Virus record (IMG/VR): IMGVR_UViG_3300034111_000674
Location: 10,243 to 74,242 of that record
Direction: 5' to 3' (one strand)
Source of the DNA: a virus
Lineage: Duplodnaviria > Caudoviricetes
Length of the DNA: 64,000 bases
Program-made: the position numbers and the translations under genes
The notes under the pieces: generated by a model
Databases searched by the model: none
Seen by the model: the letters and a program-made list of their open reading frames with translations, nothing else
What the model was told of the DNA's origin: nothing
Shown here: positions 9,485 to 20,900 of the stretch, piece by piece
Layout of the letters: each line of letters begins with the position of its first letter
Numbering within the stretch: position 1 is the stretch's first letter

Positions 9485-12400
9485 TGGCAGTAACTATCAA
9501 TACAAGACAGTTGATGCTGGAAAGCAGCACTTTTAGAACAAATGTTTCTGACTGTGTTATTTCTGCCAGCGACAACCAATTTATAAGACTAGAATCAAGC
9601 GGTACTATTACTCCTGCGGCTATTACGTTAAATGCCATTGTATATAACATTGTTAATCCCGCATATATCTGGGAGTATAAAAATAATGCCAGTAGTCCCA
9701 CAGATTGGACTGTAATATCTGGGGCTACATCTAGCAGCCTTTCAATTACTAGTACTCAGATTAATACCTACAAAGGCACAGACGGTACAGAAGTGATCTT
9801 TAGAGTCACCACTTCAGATAGTGTTAACACTGATATAAAACCAAGTTCTGCCGTACAAGTAATAGACTACTACGATGAGTTAAATGATGTAGTATCCATT
9901 ATCAATAACAGCACAAATATTGTTTTAGCTTGCAATACTGCGGGAACTCCCAATTCGCTTACTAATACCGGTCTTAGTTTGCAAGTAACAATAAATGGTA
10001 AATACTTACCGTATTCTACAAGTGGGGCTAATAGTTGGAGTATAGGTACCCCCACTATTACGCCGAACAGTGTCACCTTAGGTACTGGCGGCCCATCGGG
10101 CGATAACCTTACATATACCTACAATAATATAACAGCAATTACCGCTGATGAGGTATTAGTGTCTTTTCCTATTACCATACGTAATAGTGCTGGAATTAAC
10201 AGAACAGTAAGAAATACTGTACAAAAATTTATAAAGAATAGACCCGGGGCCCCCGGCCTTAGTGTTGTACTTACTAACGACAGCCATGCAGTACCTTCTA
10301 ATACTGACGGGTCTAGCCCAATTCTAACAGGTAGTGGAACTGATATTTATGTCTATGATGGAGCCACTCAACTAACCTACGACGCAACAGGTATAGCAAC
10401 AGGAACTTGGACAATATCAACAGGTATAGTAAGTAATGTAACACCTGGTACTTTTAGCGATCAGGGAGCGTTTGCTAGGTCATCAGACCTAACAGCAATG
10501 GTAGGCGATACCGGATATATAACATATAATATTTCTGGAAAAACTCTGATTGGTACAAATTTTTCTTTTACTAAAACTCAAACGTTTAGTAAAGCTAAAA
10601 ACGGGCAAGCAGCCACTTGGTATGACATAGTGAGCAGTACCCCTGTAGTCTACAAAAATTCTCCATCAAACACAGTTACGGGCGCATTTTCTCCTATTAG
10701 AGTAGATGGATACAAATACGTTGGTGATACAAAAGCCCTGTATGGTTGGCTAAAAATAACCCCATTTATAAACGGTATCGCCCAAACTCCTGGATACATC
10801 TATAACAGCTATAACAGTACTCCTGATAGCACAGACCAAGCTACCTCTTATACAGTAACTCTACATGACAATACCAACCCCAGTGCTACTCCTGTCCAAG
10901 TAAACGGTTCCCCAATTTTAGATACACAAGAGTTTAGAGTAGCATTTAAAGGTAATCCTGGCATTGACCCAGTATTTATAGATCTAACAAACGATAATGT
11001 AACTATAGCTACGGCTTTTGACGGTAGCGGCGGAAACTATGCTAATGCTAGCAGTAACGTGATATTGACTAGCGGCACTACCAGTGTGCTGTCCTCAGCC
11101 ACTATTACTATAACACCCAGTACGGGGGTAACATACAACCACACTAGAAACGGTACTACTACCAGTGGATTAACTACCGCGGCTAACTTAGCTCTTGGTA
11201 CAACAACCCTAAATATAGCAATAACTGCTTTGAGTCAAGATAACGGTACACTGACAGTTGCCGCAACTTTTGGTTCAATAGTATATACTGTTATATTTAC
11301 TGTATCAAAAGCCAAAGGTGGTGCTAATGGAGAACCAGCAGTAGTTTATGAAGTAGAGTCTAACTCAAGTTTTGCACTTAATCTTAATACATCGTCCATA
11401 ACTCCGTCTTCAGTACTCTACAGTGCTTGGTCTACCACAGGTACAGCAGCTAGAGCTAGTTTTGGTAATGGAAGTATAGTTGTACAAAGAAGTGCAGACG
11501 GCATTACTTGGACTGGTATCAGTACAACCAATGCAGGCAGTGTGTCACTATCAAGCGGTAGTTTGGCAGCTACAGACAGGTTTGTAAGAGCTATATTATA
11601 CACGGGACCTAATTCTACTGGTACTATAGTAGATCAAGAAACTACTCCTATTGCCATAAGCGGGATTAACGGGGCTAACGGTACCAGCCCCATAATTATA
11701 GATCTGTCAAACGACAATGTCTCAGTAGCCACCGCTAATAATGGTACCGGCGGAAGCTACACCAGTGCTAATACCGACGTTACACTGGTTAGCGGTACTT
11801 CAAGCGTTTTGTCTTCAGCAACATTTACTATCACTCCTAGCGCAGGAGTAATCTATAGTTATACTAGAAACGGATCGGTAGTTACTGGCCAGACTACAGC
11901 TGTAAACCTGGGAGTTAGTACTACTAGTTTAAATATTGCTATTACTGCTTTGAGCGGAGATAGCGGAACCCTTACTGTTGTAGCAACTTATAATGCAGCA
12001 ACTTATACAGCAATATTTACTGTATCTAAAGCAAAAGCCGGAACAGATGGTTCTCCAGCTACAGTTTATGAAGTAGAGGGCGGCACAAATTTTAACTTTA
12101 ATATAAATACTGGAGCAATAACACCATCTTCGGTCACGTACAACGCGTATTCAACTACAGGCACATCAGCCAGAACTAGTTTTAGTAGTGGTAGTATTAT
12201 AATACAAAGAAGTACCGACGGTACTAATTGGACCACTGCAACTACAGTTAATAGTTCCAGTGTTGCTTTTTCTAATGGCAATTTGACCTCTTCTGACAGA
12301 TTTGTAAGAGCAATATTATACAGCCAACCAAGCGGCGGCGGCAATATTGTGGATATAGAAACTACTCCTATTGCCATAAGCGGTATTAATGGATCTAACG

Positions 12401-14361
12401 GCACCAGTCCTGTATTCATAGATTTATCAAACGACAATGTCTCGGTAGCTACAGCCAGTGACGGCACCGGCGGAAGTTATACTAGTGCTAATACTGACGT
12501 TACATTGTTTAGTGGTACTTTAAGTGTCCTGTCTTCGGCAACATTTACTATCACTCCTAGCGCAGGAGTAATCTATAGTTATACTAGAAACGGATCGGTA
12601 GTTACTGGACAGACTACAGCTGTAAACCTGGGAGTTAGTACTACTAGTTTAAATATTGGTATTACTGCCTTGAGTGGAGATAGCGGGACCCTTACTGTTG
12701 TAGCAACTTATAATGCAGCAACTTATACAGCAATATTTACTGTATCTAAAGCAAAAGCTGGTACTAACGGTGCTCCTGCTACAGTTTATGAAGTAGAATC
12801 TAATGGTTCTTTTGCAGTAAATGTCAATACCAGTACTATAACACCGTCTTCTGTTAGTTATAGCGCATTCTCGACCACAGGTACGTCCGCTAGAACTAGC
12901 TATAGTAGCGGAAGTATAGTTCTACAAAGAAGTGGAGACGGTACTAATTGGACCACTGTTAGTACAACTAACGCAGCTAGCGCCAGTCTTAGTAATGGTA
13001 GTTTGGCATCTACAGATCGATTTGTAAGAGCTCAACTATACACAAACCCTGGCGGCGGTGGCACTTTAGTAGATGTAGAAACTACTCCTATTTCTGTAAG
13101 CGGAACCAATGGAAGTAACGGTAATCCGGGCTCCCCAGGCGGTCCAGGACCTAGAAATGTACAAATTTACTACTATTACACAGTAGGAACAAGTACTGCG
13201 CCCAGCGCACCTAGCACCAGTCAGTTAAGTTATAATTTTAGTAATAATACTGCTAGTAGTACCAATGCAAATTGGACAAATACATTTCCGTCTCCTAACG
13301 CTGGCCAGAATACACAGTTAAATAAATACTGGGCTATACTTGTTACTTTTAGTGAGAGCACCTATGGCGGCTCACAAAATACTCCTGTTATAGTAGGACC
13401 TTTTAATTGGCTTAATTTTGATGGTTTAGTAACTTTTACCAATCTAGCTAATAGAACTAATGCAGCAGGAAATGTAGCCACTTTTATTGATGGCGGCGCA
13501 ATAACAACAGGTACTATTTCAGTAGATAGTATAAAGTCAGGCACAACCAGTACCGCTTCAGGAAGAGTTTTTGGTTTAGGCGTTAATGCCAACCTTAATG
13601 GTCAGTTAGCAAGTATAATCGCAGATGCTCTTTCTCCTGCGCCTACAGGTACAAGCGGGGCCTGCTTTACTTCTAGTGTAGTCAGTGGTTATGGTGCACT
13701 GATTGGAGCTACTGAGACTCCTGCTTCAAATGGTGCTTTAGGAGTTTATAACGCTAAAACTACTGCCTACAATACCTTTAATTGCGGAGTTACCATTGGA
13801 TTAAATGATAGAGTCGCATATGGAAGACGTGTTAATAGTAATTTAAGTAATGTAATTACCGACTTTTCGTTATCTCATACAGATTATGGTGGTTCTTTTG
13901 CTTATCATAATGCTGCAGGCACAGCCGGCACTGGGGCGACTAAATATGCAACACTTGCTACTAGTAGCTACAGTGCATATCTTTTTGGTGATGCGTACTG
14001 TGTAGGAAGTATATTTGCAACAGGTAATGTGGTAGGATATGCTACTTCCGATAAGAGACATAAAACTAACATTAAAAACATACCAAATTGTTTAAATATA
14101 GTAAGTCAAATCAACGGGGTTAGCTATACTTGGACTGATAAATACTATAACGGTCTTCCAGCAGAAGCACATAAACTGGTAAAGAAAAACGAGATTGGTG
14201 TTATTGCCCAAGAAGTCCGAGAAGTACTACCAGAAATAGTAAACGAAGACGATGACGGTATGTTGGCCGTTAATTACGAAAGAATAGTGCCTGTTCTAAT
14301 AGAGGCAATAAAGGAGCTTAAATTGAGAGTAGAAGTTTTGGAAGGCAGACAAAATGGCTAA
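9484..14361 (+). CDS. Central tail fibre with three ~240-aa repeats and C-terminal intramolecular chaperone (peptidase S74-like)
   Basis: C-terminal SDKRHKTNI...GVIAQEV...VNYERIVPVLIEAIKEL; Thr/Ser/Gly-rich beta repeats. Confidence 0.8.
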   Translation: MAVTINTRQLMLESSTFRTNVSDCVISASDNQFIRLESSGTITPAAITLNAIVYNIVNPAYIWEYKNNASSPTDWTVISGATSSSLSITSTQINTYKGTDGTEVIFRVTTSDSVNTDIKPSSAVQVIDYYDELNDVVSIINNSTNIVLACNTAGTPNSLTNTGLSLQVTINGKYLPYSTSGANSWSIGTPTITPNSVTLGTGGPSGDNLTYTYNNITAITADEVLVSFPITIRNSAGINRTVRNTVQKFIKNRPGAPGLSVVLTNDSHAVPSNTDGSSPILTGSGTDIYVYDGATQLTYDATGIATGTWTISTGIVSNVTPGTFSDQGAFARSSDLTAMVGDTGYITYNISGKTLIGTNFSFTKTQTFSKAKNGQAATWYDIVSSTPVVYKNSPSNTVTGAFSPIRVDGYKYVGDTKALYGWLKITPFINGIAQTPGYIYNSYNSTPDSTDQATSYTVTLHDNTNPSATPVQVNGSPILDTQEFRVAFKGNPGIDPVFIDLTNDNVTIATAFDGSGGNYANASSNVILTSGTTSVLSSATITITPSTGVTYNHTRNGTTTSGLTTAANLALGTTTLNIAITALSQDNGTLTVAATFGSIVYTVIFTVSKAKGGANGEPAVVYEVESNSSFALNLNTSSITPSSVLYSAWSTTGTAARASFGNGSIVVQRSADGITWTGISTTNAGSVSLSSGSLAATDRFVRAILYTGPNSTGTIVDQETTPIAISGINGANGTSPIIIDLSNDNVSVATANNGTGGSYTSANTDVTLVSGTSSVLSSATFTITPSAGVIYSYTRNGSVVTGQTTAVNLGVSTTSLNIAITALSGDSGTLTVVATYNAATYTAIFTVSKAKAGTDGSPATVYEVEGGTNFNFNINTGAITPSSVTYNAYSTTGTSARTSFSSGSIIIQRSTDGTNWTTATTVNSSSVAFSNGNLTSSDRFVRAILYSQPSGGGNIVDIETTPIAISGINGSNGTSPVFIDLSNDNVSVATASDGTGGSYTSANTDVTLFSGTLSVLSSATFTITPSAGVIYSYTRNGSVVTGQTTAVNLGVSTTSLNIGITALSGDSGTLTVVATYNAATYTAIFTVSKAKAGTNGAPATVYEVESNGSFAVNVNTSTITPSSVSYSAFSTTGTSARTSYSSGSIVLQRSGDGTNWTTVSTTNAASASLSNGSLASTDRFVRAQLYTNPGGGGTLVDVETTPISVSGTNGSNGNPGSPGGPGPRNVQIYYYYTVGTSTAPSAPSTSQLSYNFSNNTASSTNANWTNTFPSPNAGQNTQLNKYWAILVTFSESTYGGSQNTPVIVGPFNWLNFDGLVTFTNLANRTNAAGNVATFIDGGAITTGTISVDSIKSGTTSTASGRVFGLGVNANLNGQLASIIADALSPAPTGTSGACFTSSVVSGYGALIGATETPASNGALGVYNAKTTAYNTFNCGVTIGLNDRVAYGRRVNSNLSNVITDFSLSHTDYGGSFAYHNAAGTAGTGATKYATLATSSYSAYLFGDAYCVGSIFATGNVVGYATSDKRHKTNIKNIPNCLNIVSQINGVSYTWTDKYYNGLPAEAHKLVKKNEIGVIAQEVREVLPEIVNEDDDGMLAVNYERIVPVLIEAIKELKLRVEVLEGRQNG
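10981..13140 (+). repeat. 3 x 720-bp tandem domain duplication in tail fibre
   Basis: IDL(T/S)NDNV codons at 10981, 11701, 12421; copies 2 and 3 nearly identical over >100 bp (11823-11940 vs 12543-12660). Confidence 0.9.
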
Positions 14362-14686
14362 TTACAACGAAACAACCACAATTGGTACCGTTTGGAAAAG
14401 AGCTTTTAGATTGTCTATTGAAAACCCGCTGGACAGCAATCAGCAAAAATATATTAAAATTTTTGAAGAAAATGTAGTAGATATTGGTGGTAGGACTCTA
14501 CGTGAACCCGTGGGAACTATAGATGTTTTTTACAATCCTTCAGAGGTGATAGAACTAAGAGATGTAAACACCGGAGAGTTTAGTTCTAGTAGTGTTTCAC
14601 AGGCTTATCTATATCAAATATTGTACAGCCTGTACCGCAACAAAGCAATAGAACGGGATAATACTCCAGATGACTTTACCATCTAG
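14354..14686 (+). CDS. Hypothetical tail-associated protein (110 aa)
   Basis: ORF overlapping both neighbours, immediately after the S74 fibre. Confidence 0.6.
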   Translation: MANYNETTTIGTVWKRAFRLSIENPLDSNQQKYIKIFEENVVDIGGRTLREPVGTIDVFYNPSEVIELRDVNTGEFSSSSVSQAYLYQILYSLYRNKAIERDNTPDDFTI

Positions 14687-16274
14687 TGGTCAGATTGCAC
14701 TGAGTAATGTAAATGTGGAGCTTGGTTACGGCTCAACGCAATATATTACTTTGAATGATACTTTGGTAAGAAATTTGGCAGCACGTCCAACTGCTGGTTC
14801 TATTATAAGTATGCCTTCAGATTTTTGGGGTAAATCTGCAGTAACTACAACCTATTCCCTAACAAGTAGTAGCCCAAATGTTAATGAGGGCAGTAGTGTA
14901 ACTTTTACTATTGGTGGTACACAAATTACTAACGGCACATACTACTGGACCGTTAGTAATTTTGGCGACTTTGGAGTTGCTGGAGGAAGTGTTGTAGTTA
15001 CTAATAATTCCGGATCTTTTTCAGTCACACCAACTGCAGATAACCTAACAGAAGGTGCGGAAACTTTTTATGCCTTTTTAAAATCAGGAAGTACTTCAGG
15101 ACCTATACTAGCCACAAGCAATGTAGTAACAATCAATGATACAAGTCAAACACCTGGTAGTAGCTATACTATATATCCAAGTGTTTCCAGCGTAAATGAA
15201 GGCGGTACTGTAACTTTTACTGTTGGTGGCTCAAATATTACTAACGGCACATACTACTGGACAGTTACTAATGCTGGAGATTTCAATACTAGCTCCGGAT
15301 CTTTTAGTATAAATAGCAATAGCGGATCGTTTTCGGTAACAGCAACTGCTGACTTAACAACAGAAGGTAACGAAAGTTTTACTGCAAGTGTCCGTTCTGG
15401 CAGTATTTCCGGACCTGTACTGGTAACAAGTTCCTCTGTTTTAATTAATGATACAAGTCAGACGCCACCACCTGCTACCTACACTATATCACCAAGCGCT
15501 TCCAATGTTAATGAGGGCAGCACTCTGACTTTTAATGTAGGCGGCACAAATATTGCTAATGGTACCTATTACTGGACAGTTACTAATGCTGGAGATTTTA
15601 ATACTAGTTTCGGATCTTTTAGTATAAATAGCAATAGCGGATCGTTTTCGGTAACACCAAACTCTGACCTAACAACAGAAGGTAACGAAAGTTTTACTGC
15701 AAGTGTCCGTTCTGGCAGTATTTCTGGACCTGTACTGGTAACAAGTTCCAATATTACAATTAATGATACTAGCGGTAATCCAACTGTGTTTACTCCTTAC
15801 CCTAATCTTGGAATTCCACCAAATAGTGTAGTACCGGCTTCCAATGCTCGTACTTCACTCAGCAACACTAACAGTTTTGGTATAAGAAACCGTTTAACGT
15901 TTATTAAACAAACTACAAATGTACGGGGCACTTTTAGGCAGTCAACTAGTATTTTTAACCAAAATTTTAGTGGAACATTTACCCCCGTTGGAGGTACTCC
16001 TTATGGCATCGGCCCCTTGCCTAGCTCGCCGGCAGGCTTTCTAAAATTTACTTTACTTTCCACTAGTGGAACTATTTCAAACAATACTACTCCAACAGCT
16101 TGGACACAGATTACAACAACTGGGCCAGAGATATCCGTAAATCGACCAGGCGTCAATAATCCAGCATCTGTAGGAACATCTGAAGCCACTTTTAGAATAG
16201 ACTATTCTCCTACAGGATCTGATGGGAATATTACAGCGACTACTACTGTAATAATGCGTATGACAATAACTTAA
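14670..16274 (+). CDS. Virion protein with three ~103-aa Calx-beta/Ig-like repeats (534 aa)
   Basis: Repeats VNEGxxVTF...NGTYYWTV...ADxxTEGxExF...INDTS; N-terminal MTLPSSGQIALSNVNVELG is common in aquatic phage fibres. Confidence 0.65.
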   Translation: MTLPSSGQIALSNVNVELGYGSTQYITLNDTLVRNLAARPTAGSIISMPSDFWGKSAVTTTYSLTSSSPNVNEGSSVTFTIGGTQITNGTYYWTVSNFGDFGVAGGSVVVTNNSGSFSVTPTADNLTEGAETFYAFLKSGSTSGPILATSNVVTINDTSQTPGSSYTIYPSVSSVNEGGTVTFTVGGSNITNGTYYWTVTNAGDFNTSSGSFSINSNSGSFSVTATADLTTEGNESFTASVRSGSISGPVLVTSSSVLINDTSQTPPPATYTISPSASNVNEGSTLTFNVGGTNIANGTYYWTVTNAGDFNTSFGSFSINSNSGSFSVTPNSDLTTEGNESFTASVRSGSISGPVLVTSSNITINDTSGNPTVFTPYPNLGIPPNSVVPASNARTSLSNTNSFGIRNRLTFIKQTTNVRGTFRQSTSIFNQNFSGTFTPVGGTPYGIGPLPSSPAGFLKFTLLSTSGTISNNTTPTAWTQITTTGPEISVNRPGVNNPASVGTSEATFRIDYSPTGSDGNITATTTVIMRMTIT

Positions 16275-16297
16275 TTAATAATTGACAGGAGATTAGT

Positions 16298-17224
16298 GTG
16301 CCAAATTTAAGAATTATTTACCAAAATCAAGTAGATCTATCTACTACTACTATTACATCTTCTAGTAACCAAACCGCATCTACTACAGTAAGTAATCTTA
16401 GAACAGACACTAAGAGTTTGGTATGGAGAACTGTACCAACTACATCCTCTGGTACGCAAGTATACGGCAATCTTATAGTAGATTTAGGATCCACAAAAAC
16501 TGTGGGTGGTGTGGTGTTGGCTTTTACAAACTTAAATAGTAATACTGCTACTATACGTGTTAGAGGATACGCCACTGCACCAATTCATGCAGGTGACTTA
16601 GTAAATACCCCCGATGTACTTGGAACCAGTATATACGATACCGGCAACGTTCAGTGTTGTCCTTGGAATTCACTAAGCCTACCTAGTTGGGGAACAAATC
16701 CAGTAAATTCTTCAAATTACAGTTATGGTGGTGGAACGTATGCAAGAGTATGGTTTCCTAGTTCTAGCGCCATCGGTGTAAGGTATCTAAGTATACAAAT
16801 TATAGACAATTATGCTACTAGTGGTGTTGGTAGATTTATAGAAGTGTCTAGGCTTATAATAGGCAGTTACTGGAGTCCAAAATATAATACAAGTTTTGGT
16901 ATGACTAGTGGAATTAAAGATCTAAGCGAACATATAAGAACAGAGAGCGGTGATTTATTAACAGTAAGAGGTCCGCGATATCAAAGCCTAAGTTTTGATA
17001 TGAATTGGCTAGATACTAGTGATCGCATAGATATGACAAAAATTTTGTTGGGTAACGGCATGAGCAGGCCGGTGCTGGTAAGTCTATTCCCAGATGAAAC
17101 TACCACGAGTGGTTTCGAAAGAGAAAGGTCTCATCAAATCTATGGAAAGATTGTAGAAGTACCAGGAATCAGCTATATTCATCCAGACATATATTCTGTC
17201 GCTTTAGAGATAGAAGAAGTTTAA
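16298..17224 (+). CDS. Putative distal-tail (Dit-like) protein (308 aa, GTG start)
   Basis: GGAG SD; IEVSRLIIGSYWSP...DLSEHIRTESG and terminal ALEIEEV resemble siphophage/GTA distal tail proteins. Confidence 0.5.
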   Translation: MPNLRIIYQNQVDLSTTTITSSSNQTASTTVSNLRTDTKSLVWRTVPTTSSGTQVYGNLIVDLGSTKTVGGVVLAFTNLNSNTATIRVRGYATAPIHAGDLVNTPDVLGTSIYDTGNVQCCPWNSLSLPSWGTNPVNSSNYSYGGGTYARVWFPSSSAIGVRYLSIQIIDNYATSGVGRFIEVSRLIIGSYWSPKYNTSFGMTSGIKDLSEHIRTESGDLLTVRGPRYQSLSFDMNWLDTSDRIDMTKILLGNGMSRPVLVSLFPDETTTSGFERERSHQIYGKIVEVPGISYIHPDIYSVALEIEEV

Positions 17225-17235
17225 TATTTATATAT

Positions 17236-17268
17236 AAAATGCCATGCCACAAAGCATGGCATTTTTTT
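17236..17268 (+). terminator. Rho-independent terminator (possibly bidirectional)
   Basis: AAAATGCCATGC-CACAAA-GCATGGCATTTTTTT. Confidence 0.85.
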
Positions 17269-17271
17269 GAC

Positions 17272-17300
17272 TTGAATAGTAATTCCTTTAGTGGTATAAT
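17272..17300 (+). promoter_or_regulatory. sigma70 promoter for appendage cassette 1
   Basis: TTGAAT-N17-TATAAT. Confidence 0.8.
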
Positions 17301-17344
17301 AAACCCAAAATTGGTAATACTACAAATTTTAGGAGCAACCCCAA

Positions 17345-17707
17345 ATGGCAACAACATTATACTTTGTACAAGCTGATACACTACCACAGATAAAATTAAC
17401 TTTATCTGACGAGATATCGAACTCGCCAAAGGATTTAACAGGAAAACAGGTAAGTCTACACGCCAAACCAGCAACTGGTTCTGGTACAGCATTTTCACGG
17501 CCTGCAGTGTGGAACTCAGGAACAGAAACCGCGGATAGAAGTGCAGGAATATGCTATATTAAGTGGCTGGCTGGTGATTTAGACAGGCCCGCTGGCGATT
17601 ATGTTGCTGAAATAGAAATCTACGATGGTACTGTAAATCCGCCTACGCGCGAAACTATTTATGAAATGTTAAAACTAGTGATCAGAGAAGATATTGCGGA
17701 TATTTAA
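17345..17707 (+). CDS. BppU-N/LtfC-like beta-sandwich adaptor (120 aa)
   Basis: VQADTLPQIKLTL...DLTG...GDYVAEIEI pattern; AGGAG SD. Confidence 0.55.
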   Translation: MATTLYFVQADTLPQIKLTLSDEISNSPKDLTGKQVSLHAKPATGSGTAFSRPAVWNSGTETADRSAGICYIKWLAGDLDRPAGDYVAEIEIYDGTVNPPTRETIYEMLKLVIREDIADI

Positions 17708-17753
17708 TCTCGTAATACTTCGGTCATTGTCCTCAGCACTGGGAGGTTGATAT

Positions 17754-17966
17754 ATGGCTGAAAGTACAGCTAGCTTAGTTTCCTGTATAAAAGCAAACAT
17801 CGTTAAAGTTTCACAACTAGCTGCAAATGCCACTATTAATCAACAGAGAACAAAAATATTAAATATAGTTGATACAAGTAAAACTAAAGCAACTATAGTT
17901 ACTAGTCGAGTCATAGCAAACGTAGAATTATTAGGCAGTAGCAGTGTTGTGTTAATATACTGGTAG
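17754..17966 (+). CDS. Hypothetical protein (70 aa)
   Basis: GGGAGG SD; in operon. Confidence 0.6.
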   Translation: MAESTASLVSCIKANIVKVSQLAANATINQQRTKILNIVDTSKTKATIVTSRVIANVELLGSSSVVLIYW

Positions 17967-17975
17967 GATTAAATT

Positions 17976-20900
17976 ATGTTGCTCACTTTATTTAAAGGTG
18001 ATGGAGCAGGTCTGGGAGTTGTAAACGGCAACTTATCGGCCACAGAGTCTGGATCAGATGTTGGCGCTATAACGGCTAAACTTTTGGTCAAAGGTTCGAG
18101 CATCACCACAGAGACTGGATCAGATACTATAGCTATGATAGTTAAGGTATCTGTTAAAGCCTCAATCAGTGCCACAGAAACTGAATCAGATATTGCAGCT
18201 ATAACGGGCAAGATACTTGTTGGCGGATCGATTAGTGCCACAGAAACTGAATCAGATATTGCAGCTATAACGGGCAATACAGGTACTAGCGGATCGATTA
18301 GTGCCACCGAAACTGAATCAGACATTGCAGTTATAACAGGCAAGATACTTGTTGGCGGATCCATCAGTGCCACAGAAACTGAATCAGATATTGCAGCTAT
18401 AACGGGCAAGATACTTGTTGGCGGATCCATCAGTGCCACAGAAACTGAATCAGATATTGCAGCTATAACAGGCAAGATACTTGTTGGCGGATCCATCAGT
18501 GCCACAGAAACTGAATCAGATATTGCAGCTATAACGGGCAATACAGGTACTAGCGGATCGATTAGTGCCACAGAAACTGAATCAGACATTGCAGCTATAA
18601 CAGGCAAGATACTTGTTGGCGGATCCATCAGTGCCACAGAAACTGAATCAGATATTGCAGCTATAACGGGCAATACAGGTACTAGCGGATCGATTAGTGC
18701 CACCGAAACTGAATCAGACATTGCAGCTATAACAGGCAAGATACTTGTTGGCGGATCCATCAGTGCCACAGAAACTGAACAAGACATTTTTGCTGGGTCT
18801 GTTTCAACTGCTCCAGCTATAGAAGTTATTAAACAATATGGAAGAACAGCTGCAACCTATACATTGGGCGTTTTTCTGTATGATGAAAAAATATTAATAA
18901 CAGCAGAACCGCTGTCTAGTTTAAGTGTTGCTATTACATACGTATCTAAAACTAAGGCATCTTCCATCTATCACCCAGACAAAGCCACTGCTGAAATCAT
19001 TAGTCCAAACACCGCACTTGACGTATATTTTACTACTACAAAATTATCAGAAATACTTACGTACGGTAAAATTGATTCGGTAGCTGCAGATGGAATATTT
19101 CTGCCAGAGCTTGAGAGAATACCTGTAGAAGTGGTACAATTCTCAGACAGCCTGTTTAGAGTAACTTTTAGAGATATTGAAGAAGAGTCAGAGATTTTAG
19201 AAATCTATGAAACTTTCTTAGAAAAACCGTTAACAGATACCTATACAACAGAAGATTATCTTGATACACAAACTGACTACTACAGAGATCAAGTAGATTT
19301 CACCAGTATATCTTCAGATATACTAATTAATATGTTGTACGATAATTATTTATCTGATCAGTACAGCACTGTAGATCAGTTGTCTAATACTACAGTTAAA
19401 TCTTTAGAAGATCAGTACAGTATCTCAGATAGTTTTACTTATGTTAATATAACAGGAGTTATTGATCAGTTTGTAACACAAGACTTATTAACTACCGAGT
19501 ACACTAAAGTTGTAATAGATCAGTACAATATATCAGACATAGTATCAACACAATTAAGTTACTTCAAAGATTTTGCAGATGAATACAATGTATCAGATTT
19601 AGTATCTAACAACCCACAAAAAGTAGTAGAAGATAGTTATAGTATAACTGACAATACAATTTATTCGATAGAAAAAATAGTACTCGATCCAGCCAGTATA
19701 TCTGACAATTTATCACGAATAGTAGATTTTAATCCTAGCATAATAGATCAACTAAATCTTTCTGATAATATTGGTGAAACCCAAATTGACGACGGCACAA
19801 CCTTTAAATATTCAAAAGACGAAACCGATCAGTATTTTATATCAGACATTCAATACTCTTTAATAACAAAACCTGTAATTGACCAATACAACATTGCAGA
19901 CCAAGTATTTAGCGATATTGCAAAAATTGTAGCCGATCAGTACAATATTTCAGATAGTCTAAATAGATCGTTAGATTTTTACAGAGATCAAACAGATCAA
20001 AGTAATATACTAGATATTCAATATTCTTTGATAGCTAAACAAGAATCAGAAAGTACACAATTTACAGAAAGTAATATTACCAGTGTAAACAAAATAGTTC
20101 AAGAGCAAACAAATATTCAAGAAATAGTAGATAAGCAATTAGACAAACTATCTATAGATTATTTTAATATTGGTAGCTCAATATCTACACAAAAAGATTT
20201 TTTCAGAGATTTTTCCGAAACCAACAACATATCGGATATAGCAAGACAGCTTGTAAGTAAATCTACACAAGAAGAGTTTAATGTATCAGATACTTATGTG
20301 TCCGTCATTAACTTTCTTAGACAGCCTGTTGAAAACCCTGTAATTTCTGATCAACTAGTCTCAACTACTGATTTTCTAAGAAATCCTACAGATGTTGGTA
20401 GAATATCTGACAATTTAAACTACATCGCCAATTTTTTCAGAGCACCAGAAGACCCTGTAAATCTATTAGAAATAGTTAATTATAGTGTAGTAAAAGTATT
20501 AACAGATACGTACAGCTTGGAAGAAGTAATATCCAATCAAGTAGGTAAGCCACTGACTGATAGTTATCAGATATCTGATATCACTAGCACTGTGGTTGAG
20601 TATACTCGAGAATTTTTGGAAGGATTAAATCTAAGTGACGACATTAACGGCGCTGCCACAGACGACGATCAAAATGTTATTTACTTTAAAAACCCTTCTG
20701 ACGAGTACAATGCCTCCGACGAACTATACAGCAGTATAAATAAAGCCGTACAAGAACAGTATAGTATACTAGACATTATTTTTAGCAGTGTTTTAAAACC
20801 AGTACAAGATCAATATAGTGTATCTGATATAGTTTTTACCGAAACTAATTATATTAGGGTGCAAGAAGATATAACAAATGTAGATGATAGCAGATTTTAT

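Noticed and set aside
17969-18787. 272-aa minus-strand ORF (and 294-aa ORF 39787..40671)
   Set aside because: Antisense shadows of tandem-repeat coding regions; no SD or promoter, and they are explained by stop-poor repeats
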